Below are positions 18,665 to 26,375 of a stretch of 64,000 nucleotides of DNA, one piece after another. Position 1 is the stretch's first letter; each line of letters begins with the position of its first letter. Origin of the DNA: a virus; the IMG/VR virus record IMGVR_UViG_3300045918_000214, positions 4,896 through 68,895 of that record; one strand, 5' to 3'. Under the pieces are notes generated by a model, which saw only the letters and a list, made by a program, of their open reading frames with translations, had not been told where the DNA came from and did no database searches. Made by a program: the position numbers and the translations under genes.

Positions 18665-20228
18665 ATTTCAGTCCTATTACAAAAGTTTTGTCCAGAACAT
18701 CTCGAATCTTATTCAAAATGAGCATTAGCTCGAACATTCCATTCTTGCCAAGTGGTTGGTGAGTAGCAAGTGAAAGTGCTTGTGATGTAGATGTCTGAGT
18801 GAACATTGTGTCCAATCTATATGGTCCGAGTGAGGTAGAATCCAGCAGTGTAGCAACGTAGTTGTTTTGTATGCCCATCTGATATGTGAGAAACATTGTA
18901 AGTGCATGCCCGGGTATCAATTTTGCATTTAGAGCAGAAAATGAAATAGCATTAGATCTAGAGAATCCATCCTGCGATTGGTTCCCAGTCATCTCTGCAT
19001 ACTGATAGTCCGTCGATAAAGACCAATCACCTTTGGTAGTTGAAATACCCAGAGCAAAATTAGTAGACATAGAAGTCTCTGCTATAATGTAATCATACAG
19101 CTGTTCCCGAGATATACCAGAACGAACCAAAGCCTCGTTTACTGAGTTATACGGTACCTTTGAATCAAGTAGCAGACCCAGTTGAAGTGCTTTATCACCA
19201 TATAGAACTGGTGACTTCCGTTTGTCATATAGAATAAAGTAACTACCAAAATTCAGGTCATCACGAGCTTGCATGGTCACTGAGTTGATTTGTCTATATG
19301 CAATGTCATATTCAGTAATGAACGTAGTCGAGAGTCCGTTCTTGAAGTATCGAATATCAGTTCCGATGGCTTGCCGTTCAACAAATGAATCTGCTATCTG
19401 CTCATTGAAATAGACAGTGTACACTGTCGAGTCTATAAGCTGTGTTCGAGAGCCGCCAAAGAATGCTCGTTTGGTATCTGAATAGTTTAGAGCAGGTGAC
19501 CCAGAAACTAATCTATACTCTACATCTGACCGAGAACCCATAGATAACTGAGCACCATCAAATTTACCAAGTATGCCAATTCCTGGATCTTGTCGACCAA
19601 GTTTTAGACCAAAATTTCTAAATGTATCTACAACCTCGACCGATGCCTGGTTTAACAGATACCGATCTTTGTCGGATTTACCCTCAACGTTCCGAATGTT
19701 TTCCTTGAAATTAATCTTCGTAGTATATTCGTCACGTTCAAACTTACCAGATGTAGATATATTTGAGATGTAGGATCTATCGGACTCTGAGCTTATCATA
19801 TATGTAGAAACAGCACCTTCTACAGTTGATGTATTTGCCACACGGGGTTTATCTGGCGACTGTGGAGCAGTATCGTGCTGTGGGTTAGCGACCTCTAGAG
19901 TAAGTAGGCGCCTTCTCATTGATTCAAGTATCTGAGAATCTGGGTACATAGCAATGTACGCTCTATACTCACCCATAGCTTTTGTGGGTTTTCCTGAGCG
20001 TTCATAAGCAACACCAATTCGTGCCTGAGCTTCTTGAGTAAATTTATTCTGTGGGAGTAGAAGGACTTTGTTTAAGATTAAGATTGCTGTGTCATAATCT
20101 TGAGCCCTGAGAGCATCTCGTGCTGTTTCCATTTGAACTGAAATGACGGAGATGTCTATATCCGGCTGAGTTTGTGAACTGGCCGCAAAAGAGATAAGTA
20201 ACAATATAGTAGACAGCCATTTCCGCAT
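18654..20228 (-). CDS. TPR + outer-membrane beta-barrel (porin-like) protein (likely start MRKWLS)
   Basis: Signal peptide, TPR-like helices (AQARIGVAYERSG..KAMGEY), amphipathic strands, C-terminal IGLKYEF beta-signal. Confidence 0.7.
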   Translation of the reverse strand: MRKWLSTILLLISFAASSQTQPDIDISVISVQMETARDALRAQDYDTAILILNKVLLLPQNKFTQEAQARIGVAYERSGKPTKAMGEYRAYIAMYPDSQILESMRRRLLTLEVANPQHDTAPQSPDKPRVANTSTVEGAVSTYMISSESDRSYISNISTSGKFERDEYTTKINFKENIRNVEGKSDKDRYLLNQASVEVVDTFRNFGLKLGRQDPGIGILGKFDGAQLSMGSRSDVEYRLVSGSPALNYSDTKRAFFGGSRTQLIDSTVYTVYFNEQIADSFVERQAIGTDIRYFKNGLSTTFITEYDIAYRQINSVTMQARDDLNFGSYFILYDKRKSPVLYGDKALQLGLLLDSKVPYNSVNEALVRSGISREQLYDYIIAETSMSTNFALGISTTKGDWSLSTDYQYAEMTGNQSQDGFSRSNAISFSALNAKLIPGHALTMFLTYQMGIQNNYVATLLDSTSLGPYRLDTMFTQTSTSQALSLATHQPLGKNGMFELMLILNKIRDVLDKTFVIGLKYEF

Positions 20229-20310
20229 GGCATATTTAATGGTGGTAATGGTGAGAATCAAACTCACTTTGGGCACCGTATGAAGGTGGTGCATTATCCT
20301 AATGCTACAT

Positions 20311-20413
20311 TACCATATCTAAATACACTAGAGGAATCGAACCTCACCCGGTGCATGCTGTTCCGGTAGCTCCAAGCGTCGTTGATCAAACGATAGTGTA
20401 TTTAGATATGGTA
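20311..20413 (-). ncRNA. tRNA-like RNA closed by a 20-bp inverted repeat
   Basis: TACCATATCTAAATACACTA/TAGTGTATTTAGATATGGTA enclosing a GAGG-TTCGATT-CCTC T-arm. Confidence 0.55.
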
Positions 20414-20482
20414 GGGCTCCACGGTACTGCCCCGTGTTCTTCTGATTAAAAGTCAGATATTTCACTTTAAAATTTGAACCCC
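20409..20482 (-). tRNA. tRNA-Lys(UUU)
   Basis: TCTGA-CTTTTAA-TCAGA anticodon arm, CCA; atypical T-loop GGCAGTA. Confidence 0.75.
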
Positions 20483-20487
20483 GTTGA

Positions 20488-20562
20488 TGGTCCTCTGCCA
20501 CGGTAACGATCCGTGTTCTTCCGGGTAAGAGCCGGGAGCTTCACCATTAAAGCTTGCAGAAG
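20488..20562 (-). tRNA. tRNA-Lys(CUU)
   Basis: CCGG-CTCTTAC-CCGG, CCA. Confidence 0.75.
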
Positions 20563-20646
20563 AGATTGTGTATAAAAATTTCTTTTACGTGCAACCACAA
20601 ACCATACAACGGGGTTCATGATTACACTAGCGTTTGCCAGTGTGTT

Positions 20647-20832
20647 TCATATAGTTTCTGTACTTTCTTTGATGTCAATATTTGCGAAGTATTCTTGTTT
20701 AAGATTTCCTCCACCTACTTTACTTAATCCTTCGATAGGATTCTTTTTGTGGCCGAAGCCGTTAACTTTTTGTCGTTTGCACATTAAGCAACCTGCACGT
20801 GCATTCTTTGGTTTACCGCGTTTGTGGTTCAT
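20647..20832 (-). CDS. small basic hypothetical protein inside the tRNA island
   Basis: NHKRGKPKNARAGCLMCK. Confidence 0.5.
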   Translation of the reverse strand: MNHKRGKPKNARAGCLMCKRQKVNGFGHKKNPIEGLSKVGGGNLKQEYFANIDIKESTETI

Positions 20833-20840
20833 ATGTAATC

Positions 20841-21134
20841 CTAATGTACTAAAGCTGCCTTGAGAATTGCAATTTGCTTCCGTAGTTCTGCATTAATTTC
20901 TCGTTCCTCTTGGAGGTCATGCTGACATTGAAATGATTCATCTTTCCAAGTCTCAGTGACCGTATTCAGTAATCCTATCTGTGAATCGGAGATGGTGTCC
21001 TTCTCTTCAAGGTATTCTAATTGGTCTGCTAATTGAAGTAACAACAGAGTCATTTTGACGAGAAATTTTTCGTCAATCACTTCTGTGTTAATAATCTCCT
21101 TAGCGGTCTTTTTTAGATATTTTACGGTGATCAT
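20841..21134 (-). CDS. hypothetical coiled-coil protein
   Basis: Open frame in an inter-tRNA gap behind a TAAATA motif. Confidence 0.5.
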   Translation of the reverse strand: MITVKYLKKTAKEIINTEVIDEKFLVKMTLLLLQLADQLEYLEEKDTISDSQIGLLNTVTETWKDESFQCQHDLQEEREINAELRKQIAILKAALVH

Positions 21135-21164
21135 ATTCAACTTTTTGTTGAATATTTAATGTTT

Positions 21165-21239
21165 TGGTGCCTATTGTAGGAATCGGACCTACGATCTCTC
21201 GCATACCAAGCGAGCGCAATACCACTATGCAAAATAGGC
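21165..21239 (-). tRNA. tRNA-Thr(GGU)
   Basis: CTCGC-TTGGTAT-GCGAG, CCA. Confidence 0.85.
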
Positions 21240-21244
21240 TAAAA

Positions 21245-21319
21245 TGGAGGGCCGTGAGGGAATCGAACCCCCGTCTAATGCTTCGAAGGCAATAATTCTG
21301 TCCGTTGAAATAACGGCCC
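21245..21319 (-). tRNA. tRNA-Arg(UCG)
   Basis: TGC-CTTCGAA-GCA, TTCGA T-loop, CCA. Confidence 0.8.
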
Positions 21320-21324
21320 ATGTT

Positions 21325-21399
21325 TGGTACCCGAGGAGAATTTTGAAATCTCGACCTTCGCAGTGTAAGTGCGTTGCTCTACCTCTGAGCTACCCGGGC
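21325..21399 (-). tRNA. tRNA-Val(UAC)
   Basis: CGCA-CTTACAC-TGCG, CCA. Confidence 0.85.
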
Positions 21400-21404
21400 A
21401 TATT

Positions 21405-21478
21405 TGGTACATCGTGAAAGAATCGAACTTTCGTACTCGCCAAGTCAAAGCGGTATTCTACCATTGAACTAACGATGC
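21405..21478 (-). tRNA. tRNA-Val(GAC)
   Basis: CGCT-TTGACTT-GGCG, CCA. Confidence 0.75.
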
Positions 21479-21484
21479 ATAATT

Positions 21485-21562
21485 TGGTGCGGATGGTGAG
21501 ACTCGAACTCACAGAACTACTCCTTTTGAGAGAGCCGGCTTTACCAATTTGCCCACATCCGC
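21485..21562 (-). tRNA. tRNA-Leu(CAA), short variable arm
   Basis: GCTCT-CTCAAAA-GGAGT, CCA. Confidence 0.8.
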
Positions 21563-21686
21563 ATAAATGTATTGAATGAGCAAGATTACGAGGAGTGGAC
21601 CCTGCCCTTATAGTCGTCGTTCAAGCATTTTATCTCCACAACAATGCAAGACACACCGGCCACTATCGAGGCTCTCATTCAAATCT

Positions 21687-21761
21687 TGGTACCCCTGAGT
21701 GGAATCGGACCACTGTCTCTGGCTTCGCAAACCAGTATACTTTCCATTGTACTACAGGGAT
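21687..21761 (-). tRNA. tRNA-Arg(GCG)
   Basis: CTGGT-TTGCGAA-GCCAG, CCA. Confidence 0.75.
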
Positions 21762-21767
21762 AAATTT

Positions 21768-21844
21768 TGGTGCGGATGGTGGGACTCGAACCCACAGCTT
21801 ACGGCTTCTAAGACCGCTGCGTTTACCAATTTCGCCACATCCGC
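21768..21844 (-). tRNA. tRNA-Leu(UAG), short variable arm
   Basis: GCGGT-CTTAGAA-GCCGT, CCA. Confidence 0.85.
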
Positions 21845-21850
21845 GTTAAA

Positions 21851-21942
21851 ACAATTTAGGGGTGACCTGAGGGTACCGCCCCCTCTTAACTAAGTTCACA
21901 GCCTAGGTCATTACTTTTATGATAAGGCCACACCTAAATTGT
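21851..21942 (-). tRNA. tRNA-His(GUG) inside an extended terminal stem, no encoded CCA
   Basis: CTAGG-CTGTGAA-CTTAG; flanks ACAATTTAGG/CCTAAATTGT pair. Confidence 0.65.
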
Positions 21943-21948
21943 CTTTAG

Positions 21949-22023
21949 TGGCAGGGATACTAGGATTTGAACCTAGACTGACGGTTTTGGAGACCGCGAT
22001 GCTGCCAATTACACTATATCCCT
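21949..22023 (-). tRNA. tRNA-Trp(CCA)
   Basis: GCGGT-CTCCAAA-ACCGT, CCA. Confidence 0.9.
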
Positions 22024-22032
22024 GTAAATCCA

Positions 22033-22185
22033 TTAAGCTGCCATTTTAGCAGCAATTTTCTTTCGCTGTTTGGTTGCCTTCAAACCCAATTTGTCCAACT
22101 GGGCCAATTGGTCCGTTGGTGACAACTTTGCCCACGCTGTATTACGAGCCACGGCCTCTGAATGCTTCACACTTCTATCTTTCAT
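22033..22185 (-). CDS. 50-aa hypothetical protein (MKDRSVKHSEAVARNTAWAKLSPTDQLAQLD...)
   Basis: Manually translated; GGAG upstream. Confidence 0.55.
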   Translation of the reverse strand: MKDRSVKHSEAVARNTAWAKLSPTDQLAQLDKLGLKATKQRKKIAAKMAA

Positions 22186-22220
22186 TTGGAGTACTCCATC
22201 TAGTTAAAAATCAATAATAT

Positions 22221-22295
22221 TGGCACCCCGTGAAGGAATCGAACCTTCTAACCGTGATTCAAAGTCACGTATGCATGCCATTGCATATACGAGGA
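22221..22295 (-). tRNA. tRNA-Gln(UUG)
   Basis: CGTGA-CTTTGAA-TCACG, CCA. Confidence 0.8.
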
Positions 22296-22305
22296 GTATG
22301 TATAA

Positions 22306-22425
22306 CAGGGTCACTTTAATTGGCGGCTGCTCTACCAACTGAGCTACGTAAAAGGTTTCACACTAATACGGTGAGACTCGAACTCACGACAGGCTGCTTG
22401 GATTTAAGTATGCTGAACTGACCCT
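22306..22425 (-). ncRNA. YrlA-like Y RNA with permuted tRNA domain (unit 4)
   Basis: AGGGTCA-GTTCAGCA...TGACCCTG stem enclosing a T-arm (GTGAG-TTCGAGT-CTCAC) placed before a D-arm (GCTC-AGTTGGTA-GAGC). Confidence 0.8.
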
Positions 22426-22433
22426 AAAGATAA

Positions 22434-22494
22434 CAGGATAATTTTTACGGTTTTGATTAAAAGTCAAATGTATTTGTTTTGCTGAACTTATCCT
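22434..22494 (-). ncRNA. Y-RNA-like unit 5
   Basis: AGGATAA-GTTCAGCA...TTATCCTG; internal TTTGA-CTTTTAA-TCAAA. Confidence 0.65.
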
Positions 22495-22500
22495 AAATTT

Positions 22501-22590
22501 TGGCGGAGAATCAGGGAGTCGAACCCTGTAAGCTACTTTCGTAACTTTACTGATTAGCAATCAGCTGCATTACCGTCCTGCCCATTCTCC
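22501..22590 (-). tRNA. tRNA-Ser(GCU)
   Basis: GCTGA-TTGCTAA-TCAGT, long V-arm, GCCA. Confidence 0.9.
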
Positions 22591-22594
22591 ATTC

Positions 22595-23158
22595 TTACTG
22601 TAACCGAGCACGTGAGTGCTTAGGTAGATGTGCTGTAAGAAATTCCATCTGATCTGCAAGAATATTTCTATTTGCAAGAATCAGAGCTTCTGCACGGTCA
22701 GGAATGTATGGAGCATATAGCAACGTAAGTCCTGCCTTTTCTACCGACTTGTCATCTTTATAGTTATTGCAAGGCTTGCAAGCAGTAACCACATTCATCC
22801 AAGTATTCGGACCACCTTTGGAAACAGGAACAATGTGATCCCGTGTAGCATCATGATCTCTCACGTGCGAACCACAGTAACAACAAATATGTCTGTCTCG
22901 ACCAAATAGATTTCTATTGGTCAGTGGGACTGATCTATTCTTTGTACGACCAAGTGAGCGAATAGCTACAATTGATGGCACAGACACAGTTGATTGTTCA
23001 CCGGTCAGTCTTGAATTTCCACCACGGTAAATGGTTTCGTCACCAAGAGACCAAGCAATCAAATCTTTAACTTTGTAACAAACTCCTTCTTCCCAAGTGG
23101 ACCAGCGTTGTGGAATTCCAGCTGAGTCAAGAGTCAATACTAATGGATGATTTCTCAC
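22595..23158 (-). CDS. HNH endonuclease (McrA-like)
   Basis: RDRHICCYCG...TRDHIVPVSKGG..W.NVVTACKPCN..K. Confidence 0.9.
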   Translation of the reverse strand: MRNHPLVLTLDSAGIPQRWSTWEEGVCYKVKDLIAWSLGDETIYRGGNSRLTGEQSTVSVPSIVAIRSLGRTKNRSVPLTNRNLFGRDRHICCYCGSHVRDHDATRDHIVPVSKGGPNTWMNVVTACKPCNNYKDDKSVEKAGLTLLYAPYIPDRAEALILANRNILADQMEFLTAHLPKHSRARLQ

Positions 23159-23187
23159 AATGCCCGTCCTTTCTATAATTAAGTTTG

Positions 23188-23279
23188 TTTAGTGTGACAG
23201 GATTTTCACCTGCAAACCCTCCTAGCACAAGCTTTACAGCTTATCCGCCGGCATTCTAAATGTTGAACTACACACTAAA
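23188..23279 (-). ncRNA. degenerate tRNA-like element
   Basis: TTTAGTGTG/CACACTAAA stem with D-like and T-like arms but no clean anticodon arm. Confidence 0.4.
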
Positions 23280-23282
23280 ATT

Positions 23283-23355
23283 TGGTTGCGTACCCCTGAA
23301 TTGAACAGGTCCTGAGGGTTATGAGCCCACCGTGCTACCATCACACTCGGCCGCG
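23283..23355 (-). tRNA. tRNA-Met(CAU), initiator-like
   Basis: GGG-CTCATAA-CCC, C1:A72 mismatch, CCA. Confidence 0.75.
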
Positions 23356-23580
23356 ATATTCATCTGCTTACGATTATGCAGAGTATGTGTCGATACTAGA
23401 GGTACTCAGTGGAGTACTTAGTCCATACCGATTTATTCATCCGCTTACTTGATACGGAACTTAGTTTTTTGAAGGCCAAGTAGTGTAATAACGCCTACAA
23501 CTTACGGATGTTAATCGGACGCCTGAGTAGCCAACAAAGCTACTCTACCGGTGACGTCAAACGGTCCTAAGGGGATCCTT

Positions 23581-23665
23581 TGGTGCAGCTGGTCGGAATC
23601 GAACCGACACGGATTTCTCCACTAGCTTCTTAGACTAGCGTGGCTACCAATTACACCACAGCTGC
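23581..23665 (-). tRNA. tRNA-Leu(AAG)
   Basis: CTAGT-CTAAGAA-GCTAG, long V-arm, CCA. Confidence 0.85.
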
Positions 23666-23670
23666 AATAC

Positions 23671-23767
23671 CCAATTCAAAACACACTGCCAAGAACTCCT
23701 GAGCGGTTAACCTCAGTCCTAATGTTCACACAAGAAACCACTAATGTGGGAATGTGTTTTGAATTGG
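23671..23767 (-). ncRNA. long-stem small RNA (family with 27653-27765)
   Basis: 15-bp IR CCAATTCAAAACACA/TGTGTTTTGAATTGG. Confidence 0.5.
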
Positions 23768-23839
23768 TGCCCCAGGACGGAATCGAACCGCCACACCCTG
23801 CTTACAAAACAGGACCTCTACCACTAAGGATACAAGGGC
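23765..23839 (-). tRNA. tRNA-Thr(UGU)
   Basis: CCTGT-TTTGTAA-GCAGG, CCA. Confidence 0.85.
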
Positions 23840-23845
23840 TAAAAT

Positions 23846-23920
23846 TGGTATGAGCACCCGGTTACGCTCCGGGATCTTCTGTTTGGCAAACAGATACACG
23901 AACTACTGTGCTATGCCCAT
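23846..23920 (-). tRNA. tRNA-Gly(GCC)
   Basis: TCTGT-TTGCCAA-ACAGA, CCA; atypical T-loop and A73. Confidence 0.7.
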
Positions 23921-23957
23921 GTTGTTCTTATTTTTATTCTTTAATCTAAACTACTAG

Positions 23958-24032
23958 TGGTCCGCCGTGAGGGAATCGAACCCCCGTTCGGACGTTAGAA
24001 GTGTCCTGTATTTTCCACTATACGAACGGCAG
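23958..24032 (-). tRNA. tRNA-Arg(UCU)
   Basis: GGACA-CTTCTAA-CGTCC, CCA. Confidence 0.8.
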
Positions 24033-24041
24033 ATAATATCA

Positions 24042-24122
24042 CAGGATCGTTCTCTACTTTTTGATTTAAGTCAGAACATCGAAACTGACAGCCAAATGTA
24101 TTTGGTTTGCTGTAACGATCCT
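24042..24122 (-). ncRNA. Y-RNA-like unit 6
   Basis: AGGATCGTT-ACAGCA...AACGATCCTG; shares CAAATACATTTG with unit 5. Confidence 0.65.
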
Positions 24123-24127
24123 AAAAC

Positions 24128-24201
24128 TGGTCTCGGTAGTAGGAATCGAACCTACGCTCCTTGGTCCCAAACCAAGAGTGATACCATTTCACCACACCGA
24201 G
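24128..24201 (-). tRNA. tRNA-Pro(UGG)
   Basis: CTTGG-TTTGGGA-CCAAG, CCA. Confidence 0.9.
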
Positions 24202-24217
24202 TATAATCTATTTATTC

Positions 24218-24291
24218 TGGAACACCTACTCAGAATCGAACTGAGTTCAACGGGTTTGCAATCCGCTGCCTATCCAACGGGCTCTAGGTGC
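24218..24291 (-). tRNA. tRNA-Cys(GCA)
   Basis: GCGG(A)-TTGCAAA-(C)CCGT, U73-CCA. Confidence 0.85.
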
Positions 24292-24390
24292 ATATATTAG
24301 TAAGCAGGCTGAAATAGAATGGTGCGGATTCGAACCGCCTGTTAGTTCCCAGGACATTCCATGCCCGTTTCAGTCAGGCCCTGCTTAATT

Positions 24391-24482
24391 TGGCGGAGAG
24401 CAGAGGAGTCGAACCCCATCCTATTTCTAAGAACCTGGTTTTCAAGGCCAGTCGCAGGACCATCCCCGCTGCATTACTCTCC
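24391..24482 (-). tRNA. tRNA-Ser(UGA)
   Basis: CTGG(C)-CTTGAAA-(A)CCAG, long V-arm, GCCA. Confidence 0.9.
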
Positions 24483-24489
24483 ATATCTT

Positions 24490-24568
24490 TGGTGGGGTGT
24501 CTAGGAATCGAACCTAGTTCTACTGCTCTTCAGGCAGTCGCTGAAATGACCACACTAGCTCACACCCC
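24490..24568 (-). tRNA. tRNA-Phe(GAA)
   Basis: ACTGC-CTGAAGA-GCAGT, CCA. Confidence 0.85.
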
Positions 24569-24571
24569 GAA

Positions 24572-25030
24572 ATTTAGCCCACCGCTTCGTTAGGACTCTT
24601 ACCCCAGTTTTTCTCAAATGCTACCCACATACGCTAAACGATATGGACACCTGACGCAGTATATCACTGCAAAGAGCACCGCGTAGGGATGATGCTCTAC
24701 TGTTTACTTTGTGGCTCTTGCTTTCCACTTGATTCAATTCATACCGACCTGGAGGATTTATACCCCCGTCTTTTCTAGACCCACGTCAGCTGTGGATGAC
24801 GATTTTCTTCTTGCAAGAAACTTGCTTTGTAAAATTCATCATGCTTCTGTTTCTTGGTTTGCATGGGACCTCAGAATCGTTAGATTAAGATTCGAGCCTT
24901 CGGCTTAGATTCTTGGAATGTCTAGGGTATAGATCATCCCGTTGTTTCACTTTCCCACAAACCTTTCGGCCAATTTGTCTTTCGAGAAATTGTTAAGTTG
25001 AAACTTTGTAGAGAGCGACTCTACCATTCT
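24572..25030 (-). ncRNA. candidate large structured ncRNA (~460 nt)
   Basis: No credible ORF or tRNA; many hairpins including GNRA-capped ones (GCC-GAAA-GGT, TTCTT-GCAA-GAAGAA). Confidence 0.45.
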
Positions 25031-25032
25031 GC

Positions 25033-25106
25033 TGGTGCCCACGTAAGGAATCGGACCTTCGTCTAACGATTATCAGTCGTTTGCTCTACCATTGAGCTAC
25101 ATGGGC
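25033..25106 (-). tRNA. tRNA-Ile(GAU)
   Basis: AACGA-CTGATAA-TCGTT, CCA. Confidence 0.9.
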
Positions 25107-25164
25107 AAATTAATTGAAGTCCTGCTTGCCGTTGTGGTGCAGGGAACCATGGCGTCTTCAAATC

Positions 25165-25240
25165 TTGGAGTCGCATAGGGGTTACGATCCCCTCTACTCA
25201 GCTTGAAAGGCTGATGACCTCACCAGAAGTCCAATGCGAC
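25165..25240 (-). tRNA. tRNA-Glu(UUC)
   Basis: TCAGC-CTTTCAA-GCTGA, CCA. Confidence 0.8.
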
Positions 25241-25251
25241 ATTAAAATGAC

Positions 25252-25342
25252 TTCCCAGACAGGAATCGAACCTGTGTTATCCGGATCACATCATCCGTGA
25301 CCACTCCATCGGCATCCGCGCGGATGATGCCTACACTGGGAA
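25252..25342 (-). ncRNA. tRNA-like RNA with normal acceptor/T arms but replaced D and anticodon arms
   Basis: TTCCCAG/CTGGGAA acceptor, ACAGG-TTCGATT-CCTGT T-arm. Confidence 0.5.
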
Positions 25343-25354
25343 ATAAAATTGGGC

Positions 25355-25452
25355 ACAATGCTAAGCTGACCATCTAGGAATCGAACCTAGCTTATTCTCC
25401 GTTAACAGCGGAGCGCCTACACCATGTTTGCTTATGGTCAGCTTAGCATTGT
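25355..25452 (-). tRNA. tRNA-Asn(GUU) with 18-bp extended acceptor stem, no encoded CCA
   Basis: CTCCG-CTGTTAA-CGGAG; ACAATGCTAAGCTGACCA/TGGTCAGCTTAGCATTGT. Confidence 0.75.
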
Positions 25453-25458
25453 AAAACT

Positions 25459-25543
25459 TGGTGGATGATGATGGTAACGATCCATCAGAGCTTAAAGCGC
25501 CGGGTTTACAATCCGGACCGTCTCCTTAACGGTATAATCATCC
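25459..25543 (-). tRNA. tRNA-Tyr(GUA)
   Basis: CCGG(A)-TTGTAAA-(C)CCGG, long V-arm, CCA. Confidence 0.8.
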
Positions 25544-25894
25544 AAAATCTAGGAGGAATACACGGCGTTATTATAACCACGTTAAAGGGTTAATATAACT
25601 TCTGTCCTCGGCAGGTTTGCCGCTGTTGTTTGCCCTCGACTCCCTACTGGACCGACTTTGCTCATCATTCGTCATGTAGTCGTTTCGCTATGAAGCTATA
25701 CTCTATGTGCTACATGAAGACCGGAAACTCTGTTCCGGCTCGGTTTCCATCTACTCTACTACTAACTAACAACTTAGTATCTATCATTCTAAAGCATATA
25801 TGTCGCCACAAAGCTATGACATAATTGTTCTGCAAGCTTAATATCGCAGAGTCGCTTTATGCTTTAGAATGACACCCTATTTCTAGGGTCATTC

Positions 25895-25998
25895 TGTCTA
25901 CTAAATTGTTAATGAACTTTCAAGTGTAACTCTATCATTTCACTTGGTATGGATTTATTATAACATACACATCAATATGTGTAAATTATTTCTTCATT
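25895..25998 (-). promoter_or_regulatory. sigma70 promoter + hairpin + boxA-like leader (type B, copy 1; repeat of 28235-28338)
   Basis: TTTACA-17-TATAAT (25985-25957), CAAGTG/CACTTG hairpin, GTTCATTAACAATTT. Confidence 0.7.
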
Positions 25999-26133
25999 GT
26001 CTGCTAGGTAAGTTAATGAGAAATTTCCCTTACCCTGTTACTCTGTATCAGACTAATTCCACGCCAACAACTTTCATTAGATGGGGTATCTTAGCATCAA
26101 CCTACGGCTCTCTGTGTTCGAGCAGACAATAAA

Positions 26134-26211
26134 TTTTTAAAGAACCTATCCAACAGAAGCGATGTTTTGTTGGTATGGATTTATTATAACATACACATCA
26201 ATATGTGTAAA
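26134..26211 (-). promoter_or_regulatory. sigma70 promoter + hairpin + boxA-like leader (type A, copy 1; repeat of 28554-28631)
   Basis: TTTACA-17-TATAAT (26211-26183), CCAACA/TGTTGG hairpin, GGTTCTTTAAAAA. Confidence 0.7.
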
Positions 26212-26216
26212 TTATT

Positions 26217-26291
26217 TGGCAGTCCCAAGGGGTAACGATCCCCTTCTTCAACAGTGACAGTGTTGTGTGCGTCCATGAACACTTTGAGACT
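26217..26291 (-). tRNA. tRNA-Asp(GUC)
   Basis: CAACA-CTGTCAC-TGTTG, GCCA. Confidence 0.8.
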
Positions 26292-26298
26292 AAATTTT

Positions 26299-26375
26299 TG
26301 GTGTCCCTGATCGGACTCGAACCGACAGATTATGGATTTTAAGTCCACTGCCTAGACCAATTTGGCTACAGGGAC
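26299..26375 (-). tRNA. tRNA-Leu(UAA), short variable arm
   Basis: TGGA-CTTAAAA-TCCA, CCA. Confidence 0.85.

Noticed and set aside
20565-20645. Possible riboswitch or second leader peptide (MNPVVWFVVARKRNF...) before tRNA-Lys(CUU)
   Set aside because: No terminator/antiterminator pair or recognisable aptamer could be supported by eye
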